The notes beneath the pieces were generated by a model. The model was not told the origin of the DNA and made no database searches. It saw only the letters and a program-made list of their open reading frames with translations. From contig CANNQP010000003.1 of the NCBI GenBank assembly GCA_947507875.1, positions 132,299 through 196,298 of the forward strand: a DNA stretch of 64,000 nucleotides, given 5' to 3'. Both the position numbers and the translations under genes were made by a program. Positions 8,364 through 17,114 of the stretch are shown here, piece by piece. The stretch comes from Verrucomicrobiaceae bacterium. Lineage in GTDB: Bacteria > Verrucomicrobiota > Verrucomicrobiia > Verrucomicrobiales > Verrucomicrobiaceae. How positions within the stretch are numbered: position 1 is the stretch's first letter; every line of letters begins with the position of its first letter.

Positions 8364-10444
8364 TTCAGCACTGGAGCAAACTGCGCCTCATAGTGCCAGC
8401 GTTCCCTGACGAGACGGTGGCCACGACGGCCCATCTCCGCCACCTCGCTGCGGTGGTCTGCCATCCAACGAAAGACATCGGCCAAAGCATCAGCTGCATG
8501 CGGCGGGCAGGCTAGCGCGCAGTCAGCTTCAACAAAGAAAGCTCGCCACTCGGGATCTTCTGGCACGACAATAGCAAGCCCCTGTGAGAGATAATCAAAG
8601 GCCTTGTTCGATGCGCCAACCATGTGCCGCATGTTGATGTCAGCCTCATGGATCCTCAGCAGGCAAAGCCCCACGTCATGCTCTCGTGACCGGACAAGCA
8701 CCTCGTGATGACTCATCGGCCCGAGGTAGGCAAATCGTGAAGCGATGCCGTACTCCAACGCAGCCTCTTCCAGTGCCTGCAAATCATGGCGATGGCCGGA
8801 AGGCAGGTAGCCGATCAGTGTCACCTCGACCGCACGCCCACAGCGCGCCGCAGCCTCCAACACATAGGGCCCAAATCGGTCGGGGACGATGGAGCCATGG
8901 TAGAGCACACGCAGGGGAGCGTCTTGCGGACGCCGCACTGGCTCTTGCGGCACCTCATCCAGGCTAGGGCAATTCCAGACGCAGAAGCATGCGCCGCGCG
9001 GGCGCAGAGCGGCCTGAAAGGCCTGCAAGCGTTGCTCATTCGGCAGGATCACCACGTCCGCCTGGTGGGCCAGCGCTGCCCGCGCCTGCCAGATCTTTTT
9101 CGCCACGCCAGAGTCCATGACCGTGCCAGGGATAGGGCTATCATGCTCATGGTAAAGCACACGGCAGGAGGGGAAAAGCCGCCGGATCAGCTCTGCAGCT
9201 GGGGTGGACAGCACATCGGAGGCGTAGATCCAATCGGGACGCCAACGCCACACCCGCCACAGACACCACGCCGTGAAGCCTAAGAAGTGCAGCTTTTGTA
9301 GCCAGCCAGGGGGCTGAAAGAACATCCGGCGCACGCGCACGCGAGGATGCGGAGCAAACTCCAGTGTCACCGCACCACTGCCTGCCAACCCGAGGAACTC
9401 CACCTCCCAGCCCGCCCGCGCCAGCATCCGAGAGCTATGCTCCAGAGGTGGGTAACCGCCAGGGTTCGTGTACTGGAGGTAGAGCACACGGCGGGCAGGT
9501 GGCGCGGGGATCGCCGCCACGCAGGGGCACCGACCTGCCGAGGTGGCATCAGAGGCAGGGCTGCGGGCGTCCATGCCCTGCTCATGAAGCTGAAACCGCT
9601 GCTCCACATGCCGGTGATGCCGCCACACCTCCACCACACTGTAATGCCGCCGGTGAACGCGTAGCTGCACCGCGGCCGGCAGAGCGGACAGCATGGCTCG
9701 CACTCCTGCCGCAAGGCCCACCTCATGGCGGTGACGCCAGACATGCCGCAGCGCGCGCACCCAGCCCCAGGGCTGCATCATGAAGGGAAAGCGCAAGCCG
9801 GCCAGCAGCACCTCATTTCTGATCCAGGGCAGTACCGTATGCTGGTTGTCCACACTGGGACGATCATGCCAAGCACGCAGCCAGGGACAAGACAGGATCT
9901 GCATGCCCACCGCATGCGCCTGGAGGCATAGGTCTGTCTCCTCCACGCCATAAGCCTCTGCCACTGGCACATATCCTGGAAGCTGTACGTAGAGTGATCG
10001 GCGCGTGACGGAAGCACTGCCCGAAAAAGAACGCACCAGGGCAACCTCTGGCAGGATGGCCAGGACAGGACGCTCCTTCAAATACACGGCCGGAGACATG
10101 ACCACAGCGGCTGGGAATGCCTCCATCACCGCCATGGCACGGGCAAAGTAGTCCGGATCCAGCGGCCAGGAATCGTCATCAAAGCTGGCCACGACCTCAC
10201 AAGCCGCTTCCTGAAATAGCCGGTGCCGACCGCCCCCCGGCCCCACACGGTTCTCAGAAAAAAACATTCTCACTGGTACCGGCAGGCTCTCCGCCAGTTC
10301 AGGCTCAGGCCGCCAGCCGCCATCTCCATGCAACAAGATCTCCTGCGGCAGTGGATCACAGGCGCAAATCCGCTCCAGGGTCTGCCGGAGCACAGGTCCA
10401 CTGCGGTAGGCGGGAATCGCCACGCTCACCGGTACGGTCTTCAT
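8345..10444 (-). CDS. Bifunctional GT2 (N-terminal) and GT4 (C-terminal) glycosyltransferase
   Basis: 699 aa. The N-terminus 'VSVAIPAYRSGPVLRQTLERICACD...DDDSWP' looks like a GT-A/GT2 domain. The C-terminal half 'RVLYLQYTNPGGYPPLEHSSRMLARAGWEVEFLG...VLYHGSIVPDRFG...ASNKAFDYLSQGLAIVV' looks like a GT-B/GT4 domain. Confidence 0.7.
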   Translation of the reverse strand: MKTVPVSVAIPAYRSGPVLRQTLERICACDPLPQEILLHGDGGWRPEPELAESLPVPVRMFFSENRVGPGGGRHRLFQEAACEVVASFDDDSWPLDPDYFARAMAVMEAFPAAVVMSPAVYLKERPVLAILPEVALVRSFSGSASVTRRSLYVQLPGYVPVAEAYGVEETDLCLQAHAVGMQILSCPWLRAWHDRPSVDNQHTVLPWIRNEVLLAGLRFPFMMQPWGWVRALRHVWRHRHEVGLAAGVRAMLSALPAAVQLRVHRRHYSVVEVWRHHRHVEQRFQLHEQGMDARSPASDATSAGRCPCVAAIPAPPARRVLYLQYTNPGGYPPLEHSSRMLARAGWEVEFLGLAGSGAVTLEFAPHPRVRVRRMFFQPPGWLQKLHFLGFTAWCLWRVWRWRPDWIYASDVLSTPAAELIRRLFPSCRVLYHEHDSPIPGTVMDSGVAKKIWQARAALAHQADVVILPNEQRLQAFQAALRPRGACFCVWNCPSLDEVPQEPVRRPQDAPLRVLYHGSIVPDRFGPYVLEAAARCGRAVEVTLIGYLPSGHRHDLQALEEAALEYGIASRFAYLGPMSHHEVLVRSREHDVGLCLLRIHEADINMRHMVGASNKAFDYLSQGLAIVVPEDPEWRAFFVEADCALACPPHAADALADVFRWMADHRSEVAEMGRRGHRLVRERWHYEAQFAPVLKWMEKT

Positions 10445-11757
10445 GCAGCGTCCGTCATCGCCTCCTGATAAATTCCTGCCATGTGGACCGCCACCTCGGT
10501 CATGGACGGTGGTGGCTTCACCCCCGCCTGCAAACGAGCCAGAAGGGCGGCGTCATGGACGAGGCTCTTGACCGCCTCTGCCCAAGCATCCGCATCACCG
10601 GGGGGACAAAGCAGCCCGTTGAGCCCATGGGTCACCCATTCCGCGATGCCACCCAAGGCGGAGCCGATGACGGGCACACCTACGGCAAAAGCCTCCAGCA
10701 CCACCAGCGGTCCCGTTTCAAAACCTTGCGAAGGCACCAACACGGCATCGTAACCCGCCATCACCTTCGGCACCTGTTCGGATGGCATGGCTGGATGGAT
10801 GTGAACGCGGGCATCCTCTCGCAACCGTTGAACCACATCCCGCAGCAGTGGCTCGGCCGCATCCTCACCAATGAGATGGCAATGCAGCTCCACCACCAGC
10901 TCAGGGCAACGCCCAAGTGCCTCCGCCAGCAGCCCCAGCCCCTTGGCACGGTCCACCCTACCGAAAAAACCCAACTTCAGCCGCTTGTTCGCGACGTGCA
11001 GACTTCGTGTTCGCCCAGCTTCCGGCGTTGATCTAGCGCCCGCCAGCCCATGCCGAACCATACGTATCTTGGCGCTGGGTACGCCATTTCTCTCCAGCAC
11101 CGCTTTGGACCACGCACTCAAGGCGACGACACGGCGCATGCCGGTTAGCCAATCCCGCACGGCCTGGGAGCGCTGATGGATGAGAGGCCACATGCGAAAA
11201 GGTGCCTTGGAGAAAAAGGGAGCCGTCAGGGGCGAACCGATGGACAAACCCCAGGCAGCCAGTTGGCTCATCCCCAGCCCGTGCAAGGTGCAGGCCGCAC
11301 AACGCAGGGGAGTCAGCCGTCCGTCACAAGGCACCGTTCCCCAACGCAGCAGCGTGCCACGACCACAGGCCAGCGTTGGCGTGTGATACGTGTAAACGCA
11401 GGGGATGCCTGCCGACCGTGCTGCCTCTAGCCAGAGGACCGAAACCGAGGGGGTGAACGCATGAAAATGCACCACGCTCGGCTTTTCATCTTCCAAGAGT
11501 CGGGAGAAAGCAGCCGCTGAAGTAGGCTCCCCCGCACCATAGAGTTCTGCCTGACTGATCTGCGAGGAAGCAGGCACGCGATAGATTGTCATGTGCATGC
11601 GCTCCTCAGCAGTCAGTTGCTTAACCTTCGGCGAAGCGACAGCGATCTCACTCTGCCAACCCAAGCTAGACAACTCTGCTGCCAAGGCCTGCACATAGAC
11701 CTCCGTGCCCCCACAGGGATCCGGAAACCAGGCGTATGGCACGTGGAGCACTTTCAC
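10441..11757 (-). CDS. GT4 glycosyltransferase
   Basis: 438 aa. Motifs are 'MKVLHVPYAWFPDPCGGTEVYVQALAAELSSLGW' and 'VLVPSQGFETGPLVVLEAFAVGVPVIGSALGGIAEWV'. It has 4-nt overlaps with its neighbours at both ends. Confidence 0.8.
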   Translation of the reverse strand: MKVLHVPYAWFPDPCGGTEVYVQALAAELSSLGWQSEIAVASPKVKQLTAEERMHMTIYRVPASSQISQAELYGAGEPTSAAAFSRLLEDEKPSVVHFHAFTPSVSVLWLEAARSAGIPCVYTYHTPTLACGRGTLLRWGTVPCDGRLTPLRCAACTLHGLGMSQLAAWGLSIGSPLTAPFFSKAPFRMWPLIHQRSQAVRDWLTGMRRVVALSAWSKAVLERNGVPSAKIRMVRHGLAGARSTPEAGRTRSLHVANKRLKLGFFGRVDRAKGLGLLAEALGRCPELVVELHCHLIGEDAAEPLLRDVVQRLREDARVHIHPAMPSEQVPKVMAGYDAVLVPSQGFETGPLVVLEAFAVGVPVIGSALGGIAEWVTHGLNGLLCPPGDADAWAEAVKSLVHDAALLARLQAGVKPPPSMTEVAVHMAGIYQEAMTDAA

Positions 11758-12383
11758 AAGTCAGCAACGGAAACCGAACCCTCCGCCTCCTGGGCTAGCA
11801 CCAGCAATTCATGACCATACCAGAGTCGGCCATAGTGCTCCTCGGCCATCACCCGCAGGCCTTCTTCAGCCGCCCAGCGACGCACTTGGTCCAGCGGCAC
11901 CTCGCTAATCCACTGACGTGCCATCACGAGATCGTGGAGGCGATTCATCGCACGCTTCCACCATGGGCGCAGGCACACATCCTTGTAAATCATTCGCCCC
12001 CCGGGAGCCACGAGACGGAAGGCCGCGCGCAGAAACGCCTCTTGCAGCGAAGGCGGCACATGATGAATCACATCTATCATCATGACGATCTCCCACTTTC
12101 CGGGCAGGCTGCCTAAGCTGTCCATCCTCTCAAAACGCAAGTGCGTGCTGGGAAACCGCCCGGCCATCGACTGCCAAGTCTCGCAGGCAATTTCTAGGGC
12201 TGGGCCGCTGACATCCGTGCCGAGCCCTTCCCGGACACGGCCTTGTGCTACGGCATGGAGCAGCAGCGCACCGGTACCACACCCGATGTCCAGCACCCGT
12301 GCGGCGGATGGCATGTGGGCCAGCAGCGGGTCCAACGGGCAGATCAGGGGCCGCAGTCGCTGGAGAAGACGCCGAGGAATCAT
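11754..12383 (-). CDS. Class I SAM-dependent methyltransferase
   Basis: The motif I region reads 'RVLDIGCGTGALLLHAV'. The track ORF (to 12605) would overlap the preceding gene by 200 nt. The internal ATG at 12383 (MIPRRLL...) lies 22 nt after that gene's stop and was preferred. Confidence 0.75.
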   Translation of the reverse strand: MIPRRLLQRLRPLICPLDPLLAHMPSAARVLDIGCGTGALLLHAVAQGRVREGLGTDVSGPALEIACETWQSMAGRFPSTHLRFERMDSLGSLPGKWEIVMMIDVIHHVPPSLQEAFLRAAFRLVAPGGRMIYKDVCLRPWWKRAMNRLHDLVMARQWISEVPLDQVRRWAAEEGLRVMAEEHYGRLWYGHELLVLAQEAEGSVSVADL

Positions 12384-12405
12384 AAGTTCGAAAGCCAAAC
12401 AGACC

Positions 12406-13287
12406 TCACTTTGCAGCCACCAGCACCGTGATGATCCAAAGCAACACAGCCCAGCTCGCACGGTCCCGTAGGGCAAAGACCACCGGGTCGTGATGGATGC
12501 CGCCTCGATGCACGATGATGAGCACGCGCGCCAGCCAATAGAGCAAAGCTGGCAACACCAGCCAGAGCCATTGTGGGTTTTGGTGGATCGCGCGCACTTC
12601 TGCACTGTTCAGATAAAGAGCAACGACAAGCAGAGAGGTATTGGCCCCCGCGCAGGCGAGGCCCAACAGCACCAAACGATCTTGAGCGCGGTAAGGACGA
12701 CGCGAGGCCGGTGACGCTGCGGACGCTGAATCCTCCTGCACCGCGACTTCATCATATCGCTTCACCAGCGCCAGGGTAAAAAAGAGAAAAAGACAAAACA
12801 CCGATGTCCAAACGCTCACAGAAATGCCTGCGACCGCTCCACCATACAACACGCGCAGGCCGTAAAACGAAGCTAGGGCGACCACGTCCAAAGCCAAAAG
12901 AGTCTTCAGTCGCCAGGTGTAACTGAGCGCCAGCAGCGCGTAGCAGGCCAACCACCAGCGCGCCTTTTCCGGCTGCCAGCCCGCCACCAGCACCGTCAGA
13001 CACCCCAGCAAGAACGCCGCCGCGAGGGCAACAGGCACGGACACCTGCCCGGCGGCCAAGGGACGATGGCGCTTCTGCGGGTGGGCACGGTCCGCATGGA
13101 CATCCGCCAAGTCATTCAACACATACACCAGCGACGCCAACAAGCTGAAGGCGACCATGGCGGACAGGGAGCCCAGTACACACGCCTCCTCACGCCAGCG
13201 CCCGCTCAGCAGCAGCGGCAGCAGACACAGCAGGTTCTTGCACCATTGATGCGGGCGCAAAAGACGCAGCAGGGCTTTCCCGTTCAT
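12406..13287 (-). CDS. UbiA-family prenyltransferase, decaprenyl-phosphate phosphoribosyltransferase (DPPR synthase)-like
   Basis: 'LRPHQWCKNLLCLLPLLLSG' and 'VLNDLADVHADRAHPQKRHRPLAAGQVS' match the N-D-x-x-D...D-R-x-H-P-x-K-x-x-R-P signature of the Rv3806c-type subfamily. The protein has multiple TM segments. The start was set to ATG 13287, which gives an ATGA overlap with the upstream stop. Confidence 0.7.
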   Translation of the reverse strand: MNGKALLRLLRPHQWCKNLLCLLPLLLSGRWREEACVLGSLSAMVAFSLLASLVYVLNDLADVHADRAHPQKRHRPLAAGQVSVPVALAAAFLLGCLTVLVAGWQPEKARWWLACYALLALSYTWRLKTLLALDVVALASFYGLRVLYGGAVAGISVSVWTSVFCLFLFFTLALVKRYDEVAVQEDSASAASPASRRPYRAQDRLVLLGLACAGANTSLLVVALYLNSAEVRAIHQNPQWLWLVLPALLYWLARVLIIVHRGGIHHDPVVFALRDRASWAVLLWIITVLVAAK

Positions 13288-14105
13288 GCTTTTTCCGCTA
13301 TAAACGCCATCACGTGACCATAAGTCGTGATTTCCCCCACGGGTCGGCCATCGACCCATTGCACTTCATAGCCCGCGCCGCGCAGCAAGCCTAGCAAGCC
13401 GGACGAACGACCGCCCGAGGCAGCCCAAGCGTAGGGATGCACCTCCACCACGATCAGACGCGGACGCCTTGCTGGGTCCGCCAGCAACCTAGCTCCGCCC
13501 CGGAGCGCCGCTTCTTCAAAACCTTCAATATCGATCAGCATGAGATCCAGGTGCCCCTCCCCCACGAGCTGATCTAACGTGGTCATTTCCACACGCACCC
13601 CACCCTCATCTCCGGCTCCTGGCAAAAGCCCCGATTGCACATCCTGGCTATGCCAGACCGCGCTGCCTGGTCGGTCAGAAAGCGCCATGGGCACGACATC
13701 CACGACCTCCTGCACCCCATTCAGACGGACATGAGACCGCAGATGCGCCAGATTCCGAGGGTCTGCCTCCACAGCATAGACTCGCCCCCCGGGCCCTGTG
13801 CGCGCTGCCATCGCCACCGCATAGAGCCCGACATGCGCACCCACATCCGCAATCACATCACCTGGCCGGATGGCGGGCAACAGCAGCTTCCAGACCTCAG
13901 GCTCATACACGCCACCCAAGTTTCGCCACTCCGGCAGCACGCGGATGCGGTCCATGCCGTTGATCACCCGTGGTAAGCCGGAATCCCCAGCGCTGAACTT
14001 CAACAGCCCTTCATACCAAGGCCGCAGCCGCGTCCAAAGAGGCTCCAGACGCCTGAGTCCAGGCAGGTGCCGCAACTTGACGGAAATGGTCTCTAAATAG
14101 GTCAT
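13284..14105 (-). CDS. FkbM-family methyltransferase
   Basis: 'VIADVGAHVGLYAVAMAAR...VYAVEADPRNLAHLRSHVRLNGV' and 'LMLIDIEGFEEAALRG' are FkbM hallmarks. The start was set to ATG 14105, which gives an ATGA overlap with the upstream stop. Confidence 0.75.
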   Translation of the reverse strand: MTYLETISVKLRHLPGLRRLEPLWTRLRPWYEGLLKFSAGDSGLPRVINGMDRIRVLPEWRNLGGVYEPEVWKLLLPAIRPGDVIADVGAHVGLYAVAMAARTGPGGRVYAVEADPRNLAHLRSHVRLNGVQEVVDVVPMALSDRPGSAVWHSQDVQSGLLPGAGDEGGVRVEMTTLDQLVGEGHLDLMLIDIEGFEEAALRGGARLLADPARRPRLIVVEVHPYAWAASGGRSSGLLGLLRGAGYEVQWVDGRPVGEITTYGHVMAFIAEKA

Positions 14106-14863
14106 GACTTCAAAGCGGTCTTGCGCACGAGTACCGTCAGATCCGCCCCCAACAGGGATGTCCAATGGGAACGCCACTGGGCCAGCCTGCCAAAGCAGTG
14201 GCACTTTTCCACCCACAGGCCATGACGGCCCATGACCATGCGTAGTGCATCTAGCGTGAAATGGTGCAAGTGCTGGCCATCCCAGGCGTGGATGAACTCA
14301 GCATCCGAAGTATCCGCCGTGATCGGCAACCGACCGAGCAGCAGATCGATGCGTCGCTTTAGGTAGGCTAGGTTCGGCACCTGCACCACCGCCACGCCGC
14401 CCGGCTCAAGCACACGGGCGATCTCTCGCACGGCGTGCTCCACATCAAAGACATGCTCCAGCACCATGATCATCGTCAGCGCAGAAAAATGCCCATCAGG
14501 AAAAGGCAAGTCCGCCTTGTCTAAGTCATGGGTCTGGCAGTGGATGCCATGGGTACGCTCTAGCACCTGCCAAGCGCCCGGGAAGGAGGCGATGTCCACC
14601 CCATAGGACTCCTGGGCCATGCCACGGATGGGTAGGATGAAATCTCCGGAGCCACAGCCGATGTCTAAGGTCCGCTTGAAGGGAGCACAGCCCTGCAGCA
14701 AATGATAGACCACGCCGTGGCCATGATCCCGGGGTGTCTGCTCCGCGGGCAGCCGGTAAATGGCTGAGGGCCAGTCCCCCCGCTCATACATTCCCTCCCA
14801 ATCGGCCGCAGTGGCTGAAGAATAATGCTGGGTGTAATAAGCCTGGGCGTCGAACTGACTCAT
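14102..14863 (-). CDS. Class I SAM-dependent methyltransferase
   Basis: 253 aa. Motifs are 'TLDIGCGSGDFILPI' and 'FSALTMIMVLEHV...LEPGGVAVVQVPN'. Confidence 0.75.
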   Translation of the reverse strand: MSQFDAQAYYTQHYSSATAADWEGMYERGDWPSAIYRLPAEQTPRDHGHGVVYHLLQGCAPFKRTLDIGCGSGDFILPIRGMAQESYGVDIASFPGAWQVLERTHGIHCQTHDLDKADLPFPDGHFSALTMIMVLEHVFDVEHAVREIARVLEPGGVAVVQVPNLAYLKRRIDLLLGRLPITADTSDAEFIHAWDGQHLHHFTLDALRMVMGRHGLWVEKCHCFGRLAQWRSHWTSLLGADLTVLVRKTALKS

Positions 14864-15873
14864 GATCGTGGGTTACTCCAATTCGCCTGATGGAAAAAAG
14901 AAAAAACATGCTGGCGCAGGCGATCCACCAGTCCACCAAGCCTCGCTGCAGGTGCAAATCCAATCAACTTGGCCCCGAGCGCTAACCAACTTGGTTCCGG
15001 AGGCTGATAGCCGGGACTCAGTCCGTCCAGCAAGCAAATGCACTCCTGAAAAAGTCGGTCATCCAGTGGAGCCGCTTGTCGAGCCAACGAGGCAAGCGAA
15101 TCCACGATACGTGCTCGCTTCACCAAAGTCTTCTCCGGCGGCCCAGGCAGGGACCACGACTGGTGAATGCTAAGCGTATTCGCCAGACAGTCCCGCAAAA
15201 AGGCCACACGACTGCGCGTGGAGACGGACCCCCTGCGATGCTGCCGGTACAGCACGGTGATCTCCTCATCGTGCACCCAGCGCGCCCCCGCCGCAGCGGC
15301 ATCCCAGGCGAAACGCGCATCCTGGATGATGGGCAGCCATTCTTTCCACGGCAGAACTTTTTCCAAAAAAACACGGCGATACAGGTAAGCCCCAGTAGGA
15401 CACCAAAAGGTCGAAAAAAAGGCCAACTCCGGATCCTCATCCACTTGCTCAATAGAACGACGCACGATCTCTCCCGCTGCAAAATGGCCATCCACCTGCT
15501 CCTCCAACCGCTGCCAGTTGCTATAAACTGCATCGCTTGCTGGATTTGCCTCTAGCAGAGCCGCCTGCCGAACCAAGGCACCCGGCAGCAGCACATCATC
15601 CGCATCCAAATACTTCACGAAATCACCATGCGCCTCGGCCGTTCCAAGATTGCGCGCATGACTCACCCCGCGATTCTCCGAGCGAACCAGACGAATCTCT
15701 GGCCACTCTTGGCTGACATAATCCGCCGTGCCATCCGTCGACCCATCATCGACCAGCACGACCTCAAACAGAACCCCTTTCTGGCTCATCACACTCGCCA
15801 GGGTCTCGGGTAGCCAGCGGAGCGCGTTCCAGGCAGGAATGATGATGGAGATCAAAGCGCCGTCCATTCGCAA
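14860..15873 (-). CDS. GT2 glycosyltransferase
   Basis: 'ISIIIPAWNALRWLPETLASVMSQKGVLFEVVLVDDGSTDGT...NRGVSHARNLG...YLDADD' is a classic GT-A/GT2 N-terminus. Confidence 0.8.
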   Translation of the reverse strand: MRMDGALISIIIPAWNALRWLPETLASVMSQKGVLFEVVLVDDGSTDGTADYVSQEWPEIRLVRSENRGVSHARNLGTAEAHGDFVKYLDADDVLLPGALVRQAALLEANPASDAVYSNWQRLEEQVDGHFAAGEIVRRSIEQVDEDPELAFFSTFWCPTGAYLYRRVFLEKVLPWKEWLPIIQDARFAWDAAAAGARWVHDEEITVLYRQHRRGSVSTRSRVAFLRDCLANTLSIHQSWSLPGPPEKTLVKRARIVDSLASLARQAAPLDDRLFQECICLLDGLSPGYQPPEPSWLALGAKLIGFAPAARLGGLVDRLRQHVFSFFHQANWSNPRS

Positions 15874-17087
15874 TCGTAAGCCAAATTCATCACCGGAGTC
15901 CAGCCAGGCTGAGGGTGGCCATGACTTTCCGAGGTCACGTGCAGTTCCGGCAAGAGCGTTTCCTGAAGCACCAAATCCCCCTGCACCACCAAACCCACCT
16001 GCCAGCGATACACCCCTGGCAGCAAAGGCAGTGAGGCAAGCCGCAGACGCACCCGCAGGGTTCCTTCCGGCGCTTCGAACGGCTCAATGTGCAGACTCAC
16101 CAGCAAGGTGTTGGAGGCATCGCGCAGATGCAATCCCAGGTTGGCTTTAGTCACAGGCCGTGGGGCATGCAGCTCGAAGCAGAACTCAGGCTGCTGCTTT
16201 TCATCATAGACGTGACTCGACTGAGCAGCGGCTTCGGCTCCGCCTGTCCACCAGCGACGGATGTGAAACAAATGGGCAAGATGAGGTTGGGCTCGGTGGA
16301 GGCCGCGCTCTTCATAATCAGAGACGACTCCGGCCGTGTCACCAAAACCACGCACGCAGCCTGCCTCGAGCAGCATCGCCTTCGAGCAAAGCCGCCGCGT
16401 GATCAGCATGTTGTGCGTGACCAGCAACACGGTGCGACCGCCACTCGCCGCATTTTCCATCTTACCCAGACACTTGGCCTGAAACTGGGAATCGCCCACG
16501 GCCAGCACTTCATCCACAATCAAGATCTCAGGCTCCAAATGCGCTGCGACGGCAAAAGCCAGCCGCACATACATGCCGCTGCTGTAGCGTTTGACCGGCG
16601 TGTCGAGGAACTTTTCCACCTCGGCAAAATCCACAATCTCATCAAACTTCGCCCGAATCTCAGCCTTCGTCATGCCGAGGATAGCCCCATTCAGGTAAAT
16701 GTTTTCCCGTCCGGTGAGTTCCGGATGAAAACCTGTGCCTACCTCCAGCAGCGAGGCAACTCGACCATTCAAGGTGATGCGACCTCGCGTAGGCTCCGTG
16801 ATGCGGCTCAAAATCTTCAGCAGCGTGCTCTTGCCTGCCCCATTGCGGCCAATGATACCCACCACCTCACCGCGATTGATTTCAAAAGAGACCTCCTTCA
16901 GCGCCCAAAACTCCTCACGGGTGCGGCCCGCTCTGCGTTCATCCTGACCACGCATCCAGCGCAGTGGTGAAGTGATCGACTGCATGAGCTTATCGCTCAA
17001 CCGCCGGTAGGGCACTTGGCCGGACTGATGGTCTAAGGTGTAACATTTGCTAATGCCTTCGACAGTGATGATGGGCTCTTCAGCCAT
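15852..17087 (-). CDS. wzt: Polysaccharide/O-antigen ABC exporter ATP-binding protein (Wzt/TagH type) with a C-terminal extension
   Basis: Walker A is 'GIIGRNGAGKSTLLK'. The family-typical region is 'GRVASLLEVGTGFHPELTGRENIYLNGAILGMTKAEI', the signature is 'YSSGMYVRLAFAVA' and Walker B is 'ILIVDEVLAVGD'. About 160 additional C-terminal residues lie beyond the NBD. Confidence 0.85.
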   Translation of the reverse strand: MAEEPIITVEGISKCYTLDHQSGQVPYRRLSDKLMQSITSPLRWMRGQDERRAGRTREEFWALKEVSFEINRGEVVGIIGRNGAGKSTLLKILSRITEPTRGRITLNGRVASLLEVGTGFHPELTGRENIYLNGAILGMTKAEIRAKFDEIVDFAEVEKFLDTPVKRYSSGMYVRLAFAVAAHLEPEILIVDEVLAVGDSQFQAKCLGKMENAASGGRTVLLVTHNMLITRRLCSKAMLLEAGCVRGFGDTAGVVSDYEERGLHRAQPHLAHLFHIRRWWTGGAEAAAQSSHVYDEKQQPEFCFELHAPRPVTKANLGLHLRDASNTLLVSLHIEPFEAPEGTLRVRLRLASLPLLPGVYRWQVGLVVQGDLVLQETLLPELHVTSESHGHPQPGWTPVMNLAYDCEWTAL

Positions 17088-17114
17088 GGGTGTTTGAGTT
17101 AAGCCTACCGAAGG

